Source of the DNA: Camelus dromedarius
Lineage: Eukaryota
Length of the DNA stretch: 64,000 bases
Direction of reading: 5' to 3'
NCBI RefSeq assembly: GCF_036321535.1
Contig: NC_087437.1
Span: 57,848,001-57,912,000, forward strand
Of this stretch, positions 53,701-64,000 are shown piece by piece. The notes beneath the pieces were generated by a model. It saw only the letters and a program-made list of their open reading frames with translations, was not told the DNA's origin and did not search any database. How positions within the stretch are numbered: position 1 is the first letter of the stretch; each line of letters opens with the position of its first letter. The translations under genes and the position numbers were made by a program.

Positions 53701-54987
53701 AGCTAAAGTATGCATGACCTGAAGAAAGAAATGTTATAGTTAAAAGAGCAATGATTTTTTAAAAATCTAACATAAAATAATATGTGGCCTATTAATATAT
53801 ATCTATTGGGACAAGCCTGGCTTTTAAATATTATGCCCTATTATCAACCAAGAATGGTTAGGTAATAACCTGATTTTTCTTGAGAAAATCATATATATAA
53901 AAATCAAGATTATATATAAAATATAAATAACAGGTTTCATTGGTCAACATTTTATCCCAAAACAATGACTACAATATTAAGTTAAACTTATTTCATTCCT
54001 GATGTCTCAAGTTGCCAAGAAGATGCTGGCAACCTAAACACCAAAAGATAATTTTCAACTGAAATCTGTACATCTCTGTTCTTTATAGTCATACACACAG
54101 ACATCTCCTGGGAGCTTAAAGCATAAATTCCGGTAAAATTCTACAACGCAAAAAAAATTCAGATTACTTGGATCAGTGAATTGGTAGAAACCTCGTCCCC
54201 TGGCTGAGAAGCATCAGAACATTGAGCTGCTTAGACTAATAGACATTTATTGCAACCATCAGGTGGGATTTGCAGGTGGGACAAATTGGGTACCGACTGT
54301 GTGAACCCTGGAAGATTACTTCTTGCTGAACTGCAGTTTCTCCTCTGTAAGATAAGGGGCCCAGATGCCATCACCGAGGGCCTTCCAGCTCTCACATCCT
54401 CTCAGTCCTGGGGCTGTTTCACATTAAAGAAAATGATGAGGGAGGTTGAGTGATAGTTGCTGGTAAATGGCAAGTAACAGACCTGCTTCTCAGTTTAACT
54501 TTCCCATCCTTCCTCTCGCCTTTGAAGACAAACAAAAACCCAAACACCAGATCTTTTTTTATATGCAACACATTTCCTACGGATCAATAAAACACTGAGT
54601 CTAGAGCATTATTATTGCACAAAATGTGTTCAAACCACAGTTACTTTGGGCCATTCTGGAAAATGCACATGCTTTTGTCATACCTAGAAACTTGAAGCAA
54701 TTAACATGATATTTACATTTATACAGAATTTATAGTTTGCCAAAGCATTCAGGTACAGTATCTCATTTAATCCTCAAGAAATCTCTGATAGTTGGGATTC
54801 TTGGCATTAGACAGGTAATGGAACTGAGATCAGGTAACTACTAAATTCTAAGATTCTAAGCTAAGATTCTATTGTCAGTATCTAGGTTTCAAATTTAGTT
54901 TCATTCTGTATCAATGCTCCCCCTCCCTCCAATCATACTATTCACGAAGAAGATGCTACTAAGTGAGAAAAAAGGAATTGAAAGATT

Positions 54988-55400
54988 TATTTATTCATTC
55001 AAGAAATACTTGCCAGGCACCTACTCTGCGCCAGATGCTCTGTGAGATGCCAGGAAAAACCAAGGCCCTCTTAGACCCTGCCCTCCAGGAATTCCCGCCC
55101 TTACACTTAAGGAGAGATTGAAATTGATAAAGCTATATGAGACATGCAGAAGTTATTCAAGGCACTGAAAGATACAAGCAAGGAGCTATGGGAGCACACG
55201 GTTTGAACAATTCATTCTGTTCACGAGAATCAGAGAGCACCTCTAGCATTTAGCTAGACCCTGAAGAATAAGTATTTCCACAGGTGGACACAGGAAGGGA
55301 AGGAAGTCGTGCCAGCGTGAAAAGAACAGCACGAGTAACAGCTCATGGCGAGAATGCAAGGCTCATCCAGGGAGGTAGCTCTTTTGGCCAGTATGGCAAG
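54988..55400 (-). mobile_element. L2 remnant
   Basis: ATTTATTCATTCAAGAAATACTT..GCACCTACTCTGCGCCAG..CCCTGCCCTCCAGGA. Confidence 0.7.
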
Positions 55401-55547
55401 ACGAAGATGAGTGGGTACCAGCCTTGTTCAGAGAAAGTCAGACCAGCTCTGTAGCTGCAAAGCAAAATAATACTTTCCCTATGCTTTTATTCTCCAAGCT
55501 TTTCCCAAGAGGATGCTTACTTGCTCTTGGCTTCAGAATATCCCTAA

Positions 55548-55738
55548 AGGATGGTTCTCAATGTGCGTTGTCCACAACTGTAGCATTGGCATCACCTGAC
55601 AACTCTGAGAAATGCAAATTCTCAGACCCTGGTCACAGATCTACCAAATCAAAAACTCTGGGGGTGGGGCCCAGCACTCTACATTTTAACAAGTCCTACA
55701 GGTGATTCTGGTGCTTGCTCAACTTTGAGAACCACTGC
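55548..55738. mobile_element. MER5A-like DNA transposon, near full length
   Basis: Inverted termini TGGTTCTCAA / TTGAGAACCACTG. Internal GAAATGCAAATTCTCAG and TTTTAACAAG..AGGTGATTCTG. Confidence 0.88.
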
Positions 55739-55842
55739 CTTAAACGATTTCTTCTGCCAATTAGGATGTCCACTTTTTACTGTAAGGCATCCATTCTAAC
55801 CCCAAACTACCTGACTGCTCCCCTAAGTCTGCAGACTAATTC

Positions 55843-55862
55843 TGTGTGTGTGTGTGTGTGTG
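55843..55862. repeat. (TG)10 microsatellite
   Basis: Read directly. Confidence 0.95.
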
Positions 55863-57823
55863 TATAAATCTGCTGACTAAAGGAAAAATGGACTATTGGA
55901 GAATGAACCAGGAATTTATGCTGAGGTGCAGTCACCACTTTTCAGAGCTACTCGAGGGAGGGGTTTAAACCTGTTGCCGATTCGAGGAGAGGCCATCTAT
56001 GGCCCTACTTTCCCTGGAATAAGTTTCTTTTGTGAAGCAGGACTTACTGTTAGCCATTCAATAACATCATATTTCAAATGGCTCACAATGGGAACTGTGA
56101 AATGCTCTTTATGGAACACTCATGTTACATTCAAGTTTGACAGTTACTTGTCAGAGGCTGGGCGCACCCACTTCTCTGCAATCTTCTGGTTCGGCTTAGA
56201 ACTGTTTGCAATCCAATCTGGTAACTAATCACCAAGCTAGAGCCTGGTCATCACCGTGATTAGTTAGGATGCAGTGATGGGTATTAGTTGCCCTCCTTGT
56301 TTTCAAGGAGTCAGTCTCCTTCTTTGGAATGCTCAGGAAACGCGCTCACTTTTTCCATCACCCCCAGGAGTTCTCTTGGCCCCTGCCTTAGGAGTTTCTC
56401 CCTAGAATGCTCACCCAGACTTTCTCTGCTCATCAAAACCTGTCAAAGCTGGGCTCAAATACCAGTATTTTTCCTTCAGTCAGATAGAATTTCCTCCTAG
56501 ACAATGCATACCAAACAATTATTTCTCTCTTACCGAGCTCTGTGGCCTTCCGGGAACACAGCACAGATCAGTATTATTAAAAATATTCTAATTAGTTCCT
56601 GTATGCCCTGTAAGAAAACCTTGATGCAAATCATTTTTAATTAAGAAGGAGATGATGGATCCAATTTTCATTAAACCAGAATAAGTAAAACTCCTTTTTT
56701 TCCAATATCTATTCCTCATTTTGGACTTCAATGGAAGACAGTGCCACCCAAAATTTATGAATATTGCATGTTACATAACAAACATATGAAGGACATCAGG
56801 GTTCTGCCATTGCAGAAAGCAATAAAGTACGTTACTTATGAATTTTAGACATGGAGGTAGGCATGAAGGAACCTAGTTTCTTGTGGAAGTTTAAGAGGCA
56901 AGTAAGAAGCTAGGCATAAGCTGTAGGTTCTCTGGTTGTGCTTCCCGCATCCTCTGTAATTAGTATTAATGGGTAAGACGTTGCAATATCACACAGGAGG
57001 GAAAATTCTTTCTGAGAGAATTGATTGCTACTAGAATATTTTTGGAGAAATAGAGTGTATTTATTGCCTTTTATTGCCAAGAATGGCTAAAATTTGATAT
57101 GGGTCTAAGTAATAAAATCAACACCAGCAACACAACAGCATTTCAAATTTCCATATGCTTTTATAGATACTTTCATTGAAGTCTCATAATAACTCTGTCC
57201 TATGATAGTGTCTTGCCATAGGGGGGCATTCAGTACATCTATGCGAGAAAACAAAACAAACAGAAAATTCAAGGTTGTTAGCTCATTTTACAGATGAAAA
57301 ATGGAACCTGAGAGTGACTGAGCGAAAGTGGCAGAGCCAGGAAACAGTCGAGTGGGAGAGCAGGAGGCCGTGCAGCATGGTCATCCCTGCCCCAACACCA
57401 CACTACTGCCCTTGACGGACTGGGGGCCGCTCCTCCCCTGCGTGTCAAAAACGCTGTTTTCATACATAAAAAAGAGAAAAAGTACCCCCATGATGCCTTC
57501 CTGATAAACTCCAGCTGTGTATATAAACACACAGCTAGTCAGCCATTTCTGAAAAATCAGACAAAAAAATAGTCAACCGGACTGACTGGCTACATCTTTC
57601 ACTTTTCAGGGGATGTTACAGTTTTCCACCTAATTCTCTGGGGAAAGGATACAGAGTCCTTCCAACTCTGCACTTAAGCACAAGGAGCCCACATTAGGAG
57701 TAAGAACTCAGTACTAATGAAATAAGAAATGTTTGCTGTATGGAATTTGAAACATCTTATTGAAGTCCAACTTCATGCACGGTAATGTAGCATCAATGAT
57801 ATAAATTCCCCTCGAAAGTCTCT

Positions 57824-58321
57824 GTGTGGCAGAGATGTCTAGGTCTGACTAATATCTATTCTCATTTCCTCCGTATTAACACCATCTCTATATTGTTGGG
57901 AGCAGCCACGTTCCCAGCTACAAATCCCAACTGCCTCCTTGTAGACAGGTTTTCAAACTTAAACAAAATAATTTTAAGAGGGACTTAGGGGAAAAAGAAA
58001 GTATTCCATTATCAGGCCATCTCTTTGTCCTTCTCTTTTTCTCCCTCTTTCTGGCTGAAACTCGGATGTGATGATTGGAACTGCAATAGATGGACACCTT
58101 TTTACTATGGGGTGACCTTGAGGATGGAAGCTACACAGGAGGAATAGCAGAGCAGAAGGACAGAGGGAAACTGAGAGAGTGATGAAACCATAACACTATC
58201 ACATCCACCTTGGGCTGCCTGTCTTGTGACTTCTGTGCTAAGAGAAAATTAATTCTATTTAGTTTAAGTCACTATAACTTCAGATCTTTGTTACTCATTG
58301 GGCAATTTAATCATAACTGAT
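57824..58321 (+). mobile_element. MLT1J-like MaLR solo LTR
   Basis: TGTGGCAGA start, CAGCCACGTTCCCAGCT, GTGACCTTGAGGATGGAAGC and TTTAAGTCACT..TTTGTTACT..TAACTGAT end. Confidence 0.75.
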
Positions 58322-59092
58322 GAATATCTCCAAATATGGACAGGATAAAGAGCCAGAAATATTTGATTACGATTCAATTTTAGAATTAAGACCAACTGAT
58401 TAATAGATGGACCAGTGTTCCCTACTGATGTGGGCTAAAAGAAGCAGGTGATTTTCCCAAAATGAGGCACCAGAAATGGCAATTTATCAGGAGTCTGAGT
58501 CATGCCAGAAAGATGATGGTGTCTGGAACCCTGCATAGTCATGTAATAAAGATAGGGGTGGAAGGTGAGGTGGAGAGGTGGATTAAAGCATGAGGAATTT
58601 AGAGCAGAAGACTCATGGAGCAAGAGAGAAAGGCAAGTTGTTGGGAGCTGGAGGGGCCAGCACCACCAGTCCTCAGAGACATGGAACCAAAAAAGAAATT
58701 CCTTTATCCAGGTGGTTCAGAAAAAAAATTTCCCTTCTCTTGCAATATTTGGCACAGGACTTTAAGAATTGGTACATGTTCAATAAATACATGTCGATTA
58801 ATTTAAAGCCATCTAGAAAATCATGATTGAAATTCACCTAGGAAGCCTTATTTTCAGAAGGCTGCACAGGACATACTGCTTCACCCCAAACCTTTTGCAC
58901 TCTCCTTTCACTAAAGAACATCTAAATTACAAGAGGGAAAGATGAACATAGAGGTAATTGCAATAAAGCAGATACATGGCATCAAAGCCTCATAGCACAA
59001 AGGGAATGAGAATTAAAAAACACTCAGCATCAACTTGTCACTACAGTTTAAAACTCTACACTTGGTATTTACATAATTTGTTTCTCTAGTAC

Positions 59093-59302
59093 AGTGGTTC
59101 TCAACCAAGGTGATTCTGCTCCCCAGGAACATCTGGCAATGTCTCTCGAATCATTTTTGGTTGTTACAAGTCAGGTGAGGGGAGGCACTACTGGTATCTA
59201 GTGGGTAGAGGCTGGGGGTGCTGCTAATCCACCACCCTGCAATGCGCAGGGCAGTCCTTGCCCAATAGAATGTTATCCTGCCCCAAATACAGTAACAGTG
59301 CC
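59093..59302. mobile_element. MER20 hAT DNA transposon
   Basis: CAGTGGTTCTCAACC..GGTGATTCTGCTCCCCAGGAACATCTGGCAATGTCT..CTACTGGTATCTAGTGGGTAGAGGC. Confidence 0.9.
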
Positions 59303-61860
59303 AGCTAGTGAAAGATTATGGCATAATATCCCTAGAGTGGACAGTCTCCTAGTTCAGGTAATAGTTTTCAAAGTATTCAACAAGAAAATACCTAACCACG
59401 TAGGATCGTAACAATGTGATATATGGTCTAAAACGCTTGGTACTACTCAGCTTCCAACATATTTCCTTGTAGTAATAACCACAATTATTAAATATACATT
59501 ATTTGGCAGGCACCATGCAAAAATACTTTAGAAGGAAATCCTATTGAAGCTATAGAACACTCCTGAGGAGTAGATGCTATTATAATTATCTTACAGAAGA
59601 GAACTCTAAGGCTCTGAGACAGAAAATCCCATGGCCAAGGTCACAGAACTTATAAATAACAAAGGATCCTAGCAGCACGACGACAGGACGCCTAATATGT
59701 AATCATGAACTGCTTGCCATTCTGCACACCTCCATTCTCTGGTGAGCTGAGAGGGATTTCCCTCCCTTTAAATTTCATAAAACAGTAACTTCCGTGCACA
59801 GAACACTTCCTGAAATGCACTATACATTTCTGCTTTTTACTGGGTACACCACGCTGACATAATTTAATCTTAATGTGTCGGGATGGGTATGATGGACACC
59901 AACACTGTCCTCAACTGCAGTGTCCTCTGGACCTACTGAAATGTACAGAACTGCTGGTTTCTTCACTGGACGGCCCCAATGCTTTTAGGGTTTTCCTGTC
60001 TGATTTTCATTTTTCTTTCTCTGCCTCTTCCCGCAGAGTCTTAACTGCCTCTTTTAACTGAAGCCACTGTGCCTGCCTTCAGGTGCTTCTAGTCTTACAT
60101 AGAATGAAAAAAGAGATCACCAGGTTGATTAGAACTGTATATAAAATTAGATCTTTAAAGAATCTCCCAGAGTGAGTTGGTGGGGGGGAGCAGGGAAGGA
60201 AGTTGGGGAGGAGGGAAGGGGAACTGAGAAAATGTAAGCTTCGAGGTATCAACTTTATCTCTTCCAAATTCCTTTTGGCTTTACTTCCTGGTTTGCAGCT
60301 GGGCTCCAGCCAGCTGAGTTTGTTGGATCTGTAAGCTTTAGACTCATGAGGTGTTAACGATAATGGACAGTTTAATCATCATAATTTAGAAAAGTCTACA
60401 TGTGGCTGTATTATAACGGGACGTTGTGCTCTGCTTATACCACACTAGGCATATCTACCACACAAACCCACATTCATCCATAGACACACATTTCCTATAT
60501 ATATCCAAACAATGTCTTTAGTTTTTAAACATGCAACTCCCAACTCGTAAATTAAAAAAAGATAAAACTACTAATACAATTCTCAAAACTAATACATGTG
60601 GCAAGATAATGTGCAGTTTCAAAGGCTACTTTACTCTGGAGGAAACTGTGTTTCTCCAATGAGGCCCATGAGAACATTTGTTTTGTTTTGTTTTGCTTTT
60701 CACTCCATCATTGCTTGTTTGGAGAATGGAAAGGCCCCTTAACAGCACTTCACAATTGCAGATGCAAAATGGTGCACTCACAGAGATGCTGTGAGATTTA
60801 ACTAGGCCAAAACACAATCAGACACATCAGTGATTCTTGAAGATTGAAAAAAAAAAAAAAAAAGACACATCTTCTAAATAATCCATTGGGCTATTGTTTT
60901 GGGAAAAAACATTAAGTAGATTTCCTGTACAGTTTTATGTCAACAATCAGTAGTACATTGGTTCCTGCTTGGAGAGGCTGAAAGCTGGCATTGAAACTGC
61001 TGGTGATCGGGTATCCAAAACTTGGCATGTCAGAGCACTGCACTTTTTCCGCTCATCACTTGCCTCTTTCAACTCAAGATAAGCTGACGTTTTGTGAGAA
61101 TGTTCCCTTGGGTACCTGAATGCTGCTACCAGCAGTTTTATGACTTTCTGCCATGACTTTGTGAAGCTGAGCAAGCTGCAGCCTTTGCACCAAGATCGTC
61201 ACGGAGAGCAGAGCAAAGCCGAGTTTGGAGCATGCTAACTAGTAAATGAAATGCTAGAGTATATTAGCTTTACCCTAGAAAGAAGGGCATTTGGTTTGTT
61301 TGGAAAATAAAGGGTTAGCCCGAGAAGAAATAAAAATTCTGCTTTTCTCTTTAACTCCGTTTTATGTAACTTAGCTTCACAATGAAAATAATGTCTTCCT
61401 CCAGTTGGAAGAGTTTATAGAACACTACCAAGACACTTAGGATGATTAAAAGTATATATATATAACTCACTGGCTACATTTCAAAATAGTTATCCAATTA
61501 GGGACTTTAAAGATAGTGATTGGAAAGCTGGCTGCATTTTCCCCTGAAATTGTTACAGGGCTCTGCACTTGCTCTATAGTATAACTGGGTGCATTCTAGA
61601 AACCCAGGCACTGGGTCCTTTGCAAAGTACTTAGGATTCAAAGGTAAGTCACACTTAGCCCCTGTCTTCCAGGGACTGGTGGTCTAGTCATGCTGAGCAG
61701 TTTCCCCATGTGCCTGGAGTGGACCACATAACAGGACAAACCAGGTTTGAAAATCACCGCAAGATTGTTAGGTTCAGCTGCTGTTGCGGTTTCCACTAAT
61801 AGAAAAACATGAGCTAAGGAACAGATATTTCTCTTCTAAAAGGGCTCCAAGAAATTATAG

Positions 61861-62198
61861 TGTTGATCTGAAACAGACTGCCAGATATTTCTCCAGCAAA
61901 GATGGGTTTATTTGGGATCAGCAGAGAATTGCAACAAGGGCTCTGCAATCATGATGAGCCATGTGCAAGTCCTCCCATGGCAAATGAAGGAGAAGGCTTT
62001 TATAGAAAGGAAAAGGAAGTGGGGAGGGCTATAGTAAACTCAGGCTATGCCTTTTCATTGGCTGAGTCCTTACCAGGAAGGAAGAGGAGCCTTCCTTCTT
62101 CCTGTTGGGCTCTGCTTTCCTTGCAGGGCATGAGAGCTCCCCATTCTGGTCTCCCAACTCTATTTAATAGAAATTTCTATTTATTAATTTTTTTTACA
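61861..62198 (-). mobile_element. ERV1-like solo LTR (artiodactyl type)
   Basis: TG...CA termini and near-TSD ATAG/TTAG. On the minus strand, CCAAT (62057-62061), CTATAAAA (61998-62005) and AATAAA (61907-61912) occur in LTR order. Confidence 0.7.
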
Positions 62199-62804
62199 TT
62201 AGCTATTGAAGGTAAGTCTGTGGTGATAACATTAGTGTAACACCTTAAGAAATGAAGTGCTGATACATCTCACGGCACTTCATTTTTCTTCTCTTCATAT
62301 TTCATTAAAATACACACAAAAAACCAAAAATCATGACAATAACACAATGGCAATGGAAACTAAAATCTAGCAACAATTTCTCAGCCTCTGGGAGAAATCC
62401 ATACTCATGTGCATGGGACGAGCATGTAGCCTCATCCCCAGGTACTGTGTCCACGCAGGACTAGAAAAGCAGCAGAAGCCATCACTGCCTCCCACTGTGT
62501 GCCTCCACATCAGAGATGCAGAAATCTAACAGCCACCTCCCCACACATACTGCAAGGAAACCGTCTGCTATGCCATCCAAGATGACTTTCTGTCTCCCCC
62601 TGACATTTGTCAGCATTGGTAGGTCCCCTTATATGAAAATTTGAAGACTGTAACGCCTAGTGGTCCAGAAAGGCCAAGTAAGAAAGGAACGGAAAGTTGG
62701 TGGAGGGCCCTGGAGAAGACCGGAAGTCTTGACAGTTGTGTACTCCATTCCGCAAAAACTTAAAAGTGTTTCAGATCACTTGGGGTTTGGGGGGTAAACG
62801 AGGC

Positions 62805-63215
62805 TGTGATGGTTCATTTTATGTGTCAACTTGAGAGGCTAAGGGATGCCCAGATAGCTGGGAAAACATTATTTCTAGATGTGTCTGTAAGGGTGTTTCT
62901 GAAAGATTAGCATTTGAATTGGTAGACTAAGCAATTCAGGCGGGCATCATCCAATGCTTTGAGGGCCTGAATGGAACAAAAAGGTGACAGAAGAGCAAAT
63001 TTACTTTTTGTTTGCGCTGAGACATGCATCTTCTCCTGCCCTCAGGCATTGGGCACTTCTGGTTTTCGGGCCTTTGGACTCAAACTGAATCAAACCACCA
63101 GCTTTCGTGGTTCTCCAGCTTGTAAACGCGAAGACCATGGGATCTACGGGCCTCCGTATTTAATGTAGCCAAAATATCTCCTATCGGTTCTGTTTCTCTG
63201 GAGAACCCTCGTACA
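62805..63215 (+). mobile_element. MLT2 (ERVL) solo LTR
   Basis: TGTGATGGTTCATTTTATGTGTCAACTTGA..GGCTAAGGGATGCCCAGATAGCTGG start and CCTATCGGTTCTGTTTCTCTGGAGAACCCT..ACA end. Confidence 0.92.
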
Positions 63216-63559
63216 CAGCCATTGGAAGCAGAAGATCCTTCCTTACTTAAGCAGAGCCTCACTAATCGATCTCCTCAAAACTGGTGAATGTCTTTGCACA
63301 TCAAATAAGCCTCCAGGGCAATGAAACAGAATTTATCATACTCACATGGAAATTATTGGTGAACAAGGGAGAACACAGAAATCTAGCTTCTGGAAAACTC
63401 CATGCTTGCATCCATGCTCAAGGAGAAGTAAATGGAGGGGTGGCCGTGCAGGGAGGCACAGCGCAGGTGAGACCCACGCTACAATATTTGAATGAGGGAG
63501 AACTGCTCTAAGGTGCAGAAGAAAACCATAGTTTTTTTTTTTTAATATTTAACATTTGA

Positions 63560-64000
63560 AAAAGAAATATTGGGAAATATCTGCTGTGTTCTTTCAAGTA
63601 AATACATGATATAGTGACCTTGTTAGGGTAAGGGATGAATGATGGGATTTAAAACAATTATATTCAGTCTGAAATTATAAAGGAAACTGGCCAAGAAGAG
63701 CGAGGTAGCAAAAGCCAGATTAATTCCACATTGGAAAGGGAAAAGAACAAAGTTGGCACTATAAAAAATTAAGTCATTGATACGAAAGAAATTCACCCCA
63801 AAATCAGAAAATAAGAAAAATTGTGAAAGGGAGGATCCTAAAAACAGCAAAGGCTATAGATTTATCCATGCAAAAGATCTGTATGCCTAAAGAATGAGTC
63901 TTCCCTAATGGAACAGAAATAACAATCAAGAAATAAAGGAAACAGTTCCTGAGAAGAAGACCAACCAGGGCCTGAGATTGCCATGGTCCAGACAAAACAT
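63560..64000 (+). mobile_element. Possible HAL1 or L1 ORF1 remnant
   Basis: A-rich, with AATGGAACAGAAATAACAATCAAGAAATAAAGGAAACAGTTCCTGAG resembling the ORF1 'NG.E.IIKEI..ENFPEL' segment. Heavily decayed. Confidence 0.4.

Noticed and set aside
59990..60088. Strong plus-strand acceptor at 60036
   Set aside because: Stops in all frames within 25 nt and only a poor donor (GTGCTT). No supportable exon.
63346..63507. 162-nt minus-strand exon-like unit
   Set aside because: The open frame I found is not protein-like, and the region adjoins or lies within a decayed LINE remnant.
1..64000. Six-frame ORFs as protein-coding genes
   Set aside because: All are 137 aa or shorter, many start at non-ATG codons, and none resembles a cellular protein I recognise. 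The recognisable ones are transposon remnants.

Overview
This is mammalian, non-coding (intronic or intergenic) DNA, most likely from a camelid (alpaca, llama or camel). The assignment rests on three tRNA-Ala-derived SINEs and lineage-type L1 3' ends recognised by eye. I found no recognisable protein-coding gene, RNA gene, CRISPR array or prokaryotic-type system. The ORF track is explained by chance, low-complexity sequence and decayed transposons. The window is a layered transposon record: ancient L3/CR1, L2, MIR and hAT (MER3/5/20/58), then MLT1/MLT2 LTRs and L1M, then younger L1, SINE and ERV-type LTR insertions, several with readable target-site duplications (TSDs). The best leads are a TSD-flanked chimeric retro-insertion at 19.4-19.8 kb (inverted L1 piece plus a non-L1-looking polyadenylated tail), a cluster of plus-strand exon-like units at 38.6-42.2 kb including a 33-nt microexon candidate, a ~1 kb CR1 fossil that still shows RT-like peptide, and a solo LTR with intact promoter signals. 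Repeat family names come from my recall of consensus sequences, not a database search, and old-element boundaries are approximate. Nothing here supports a new biological system.
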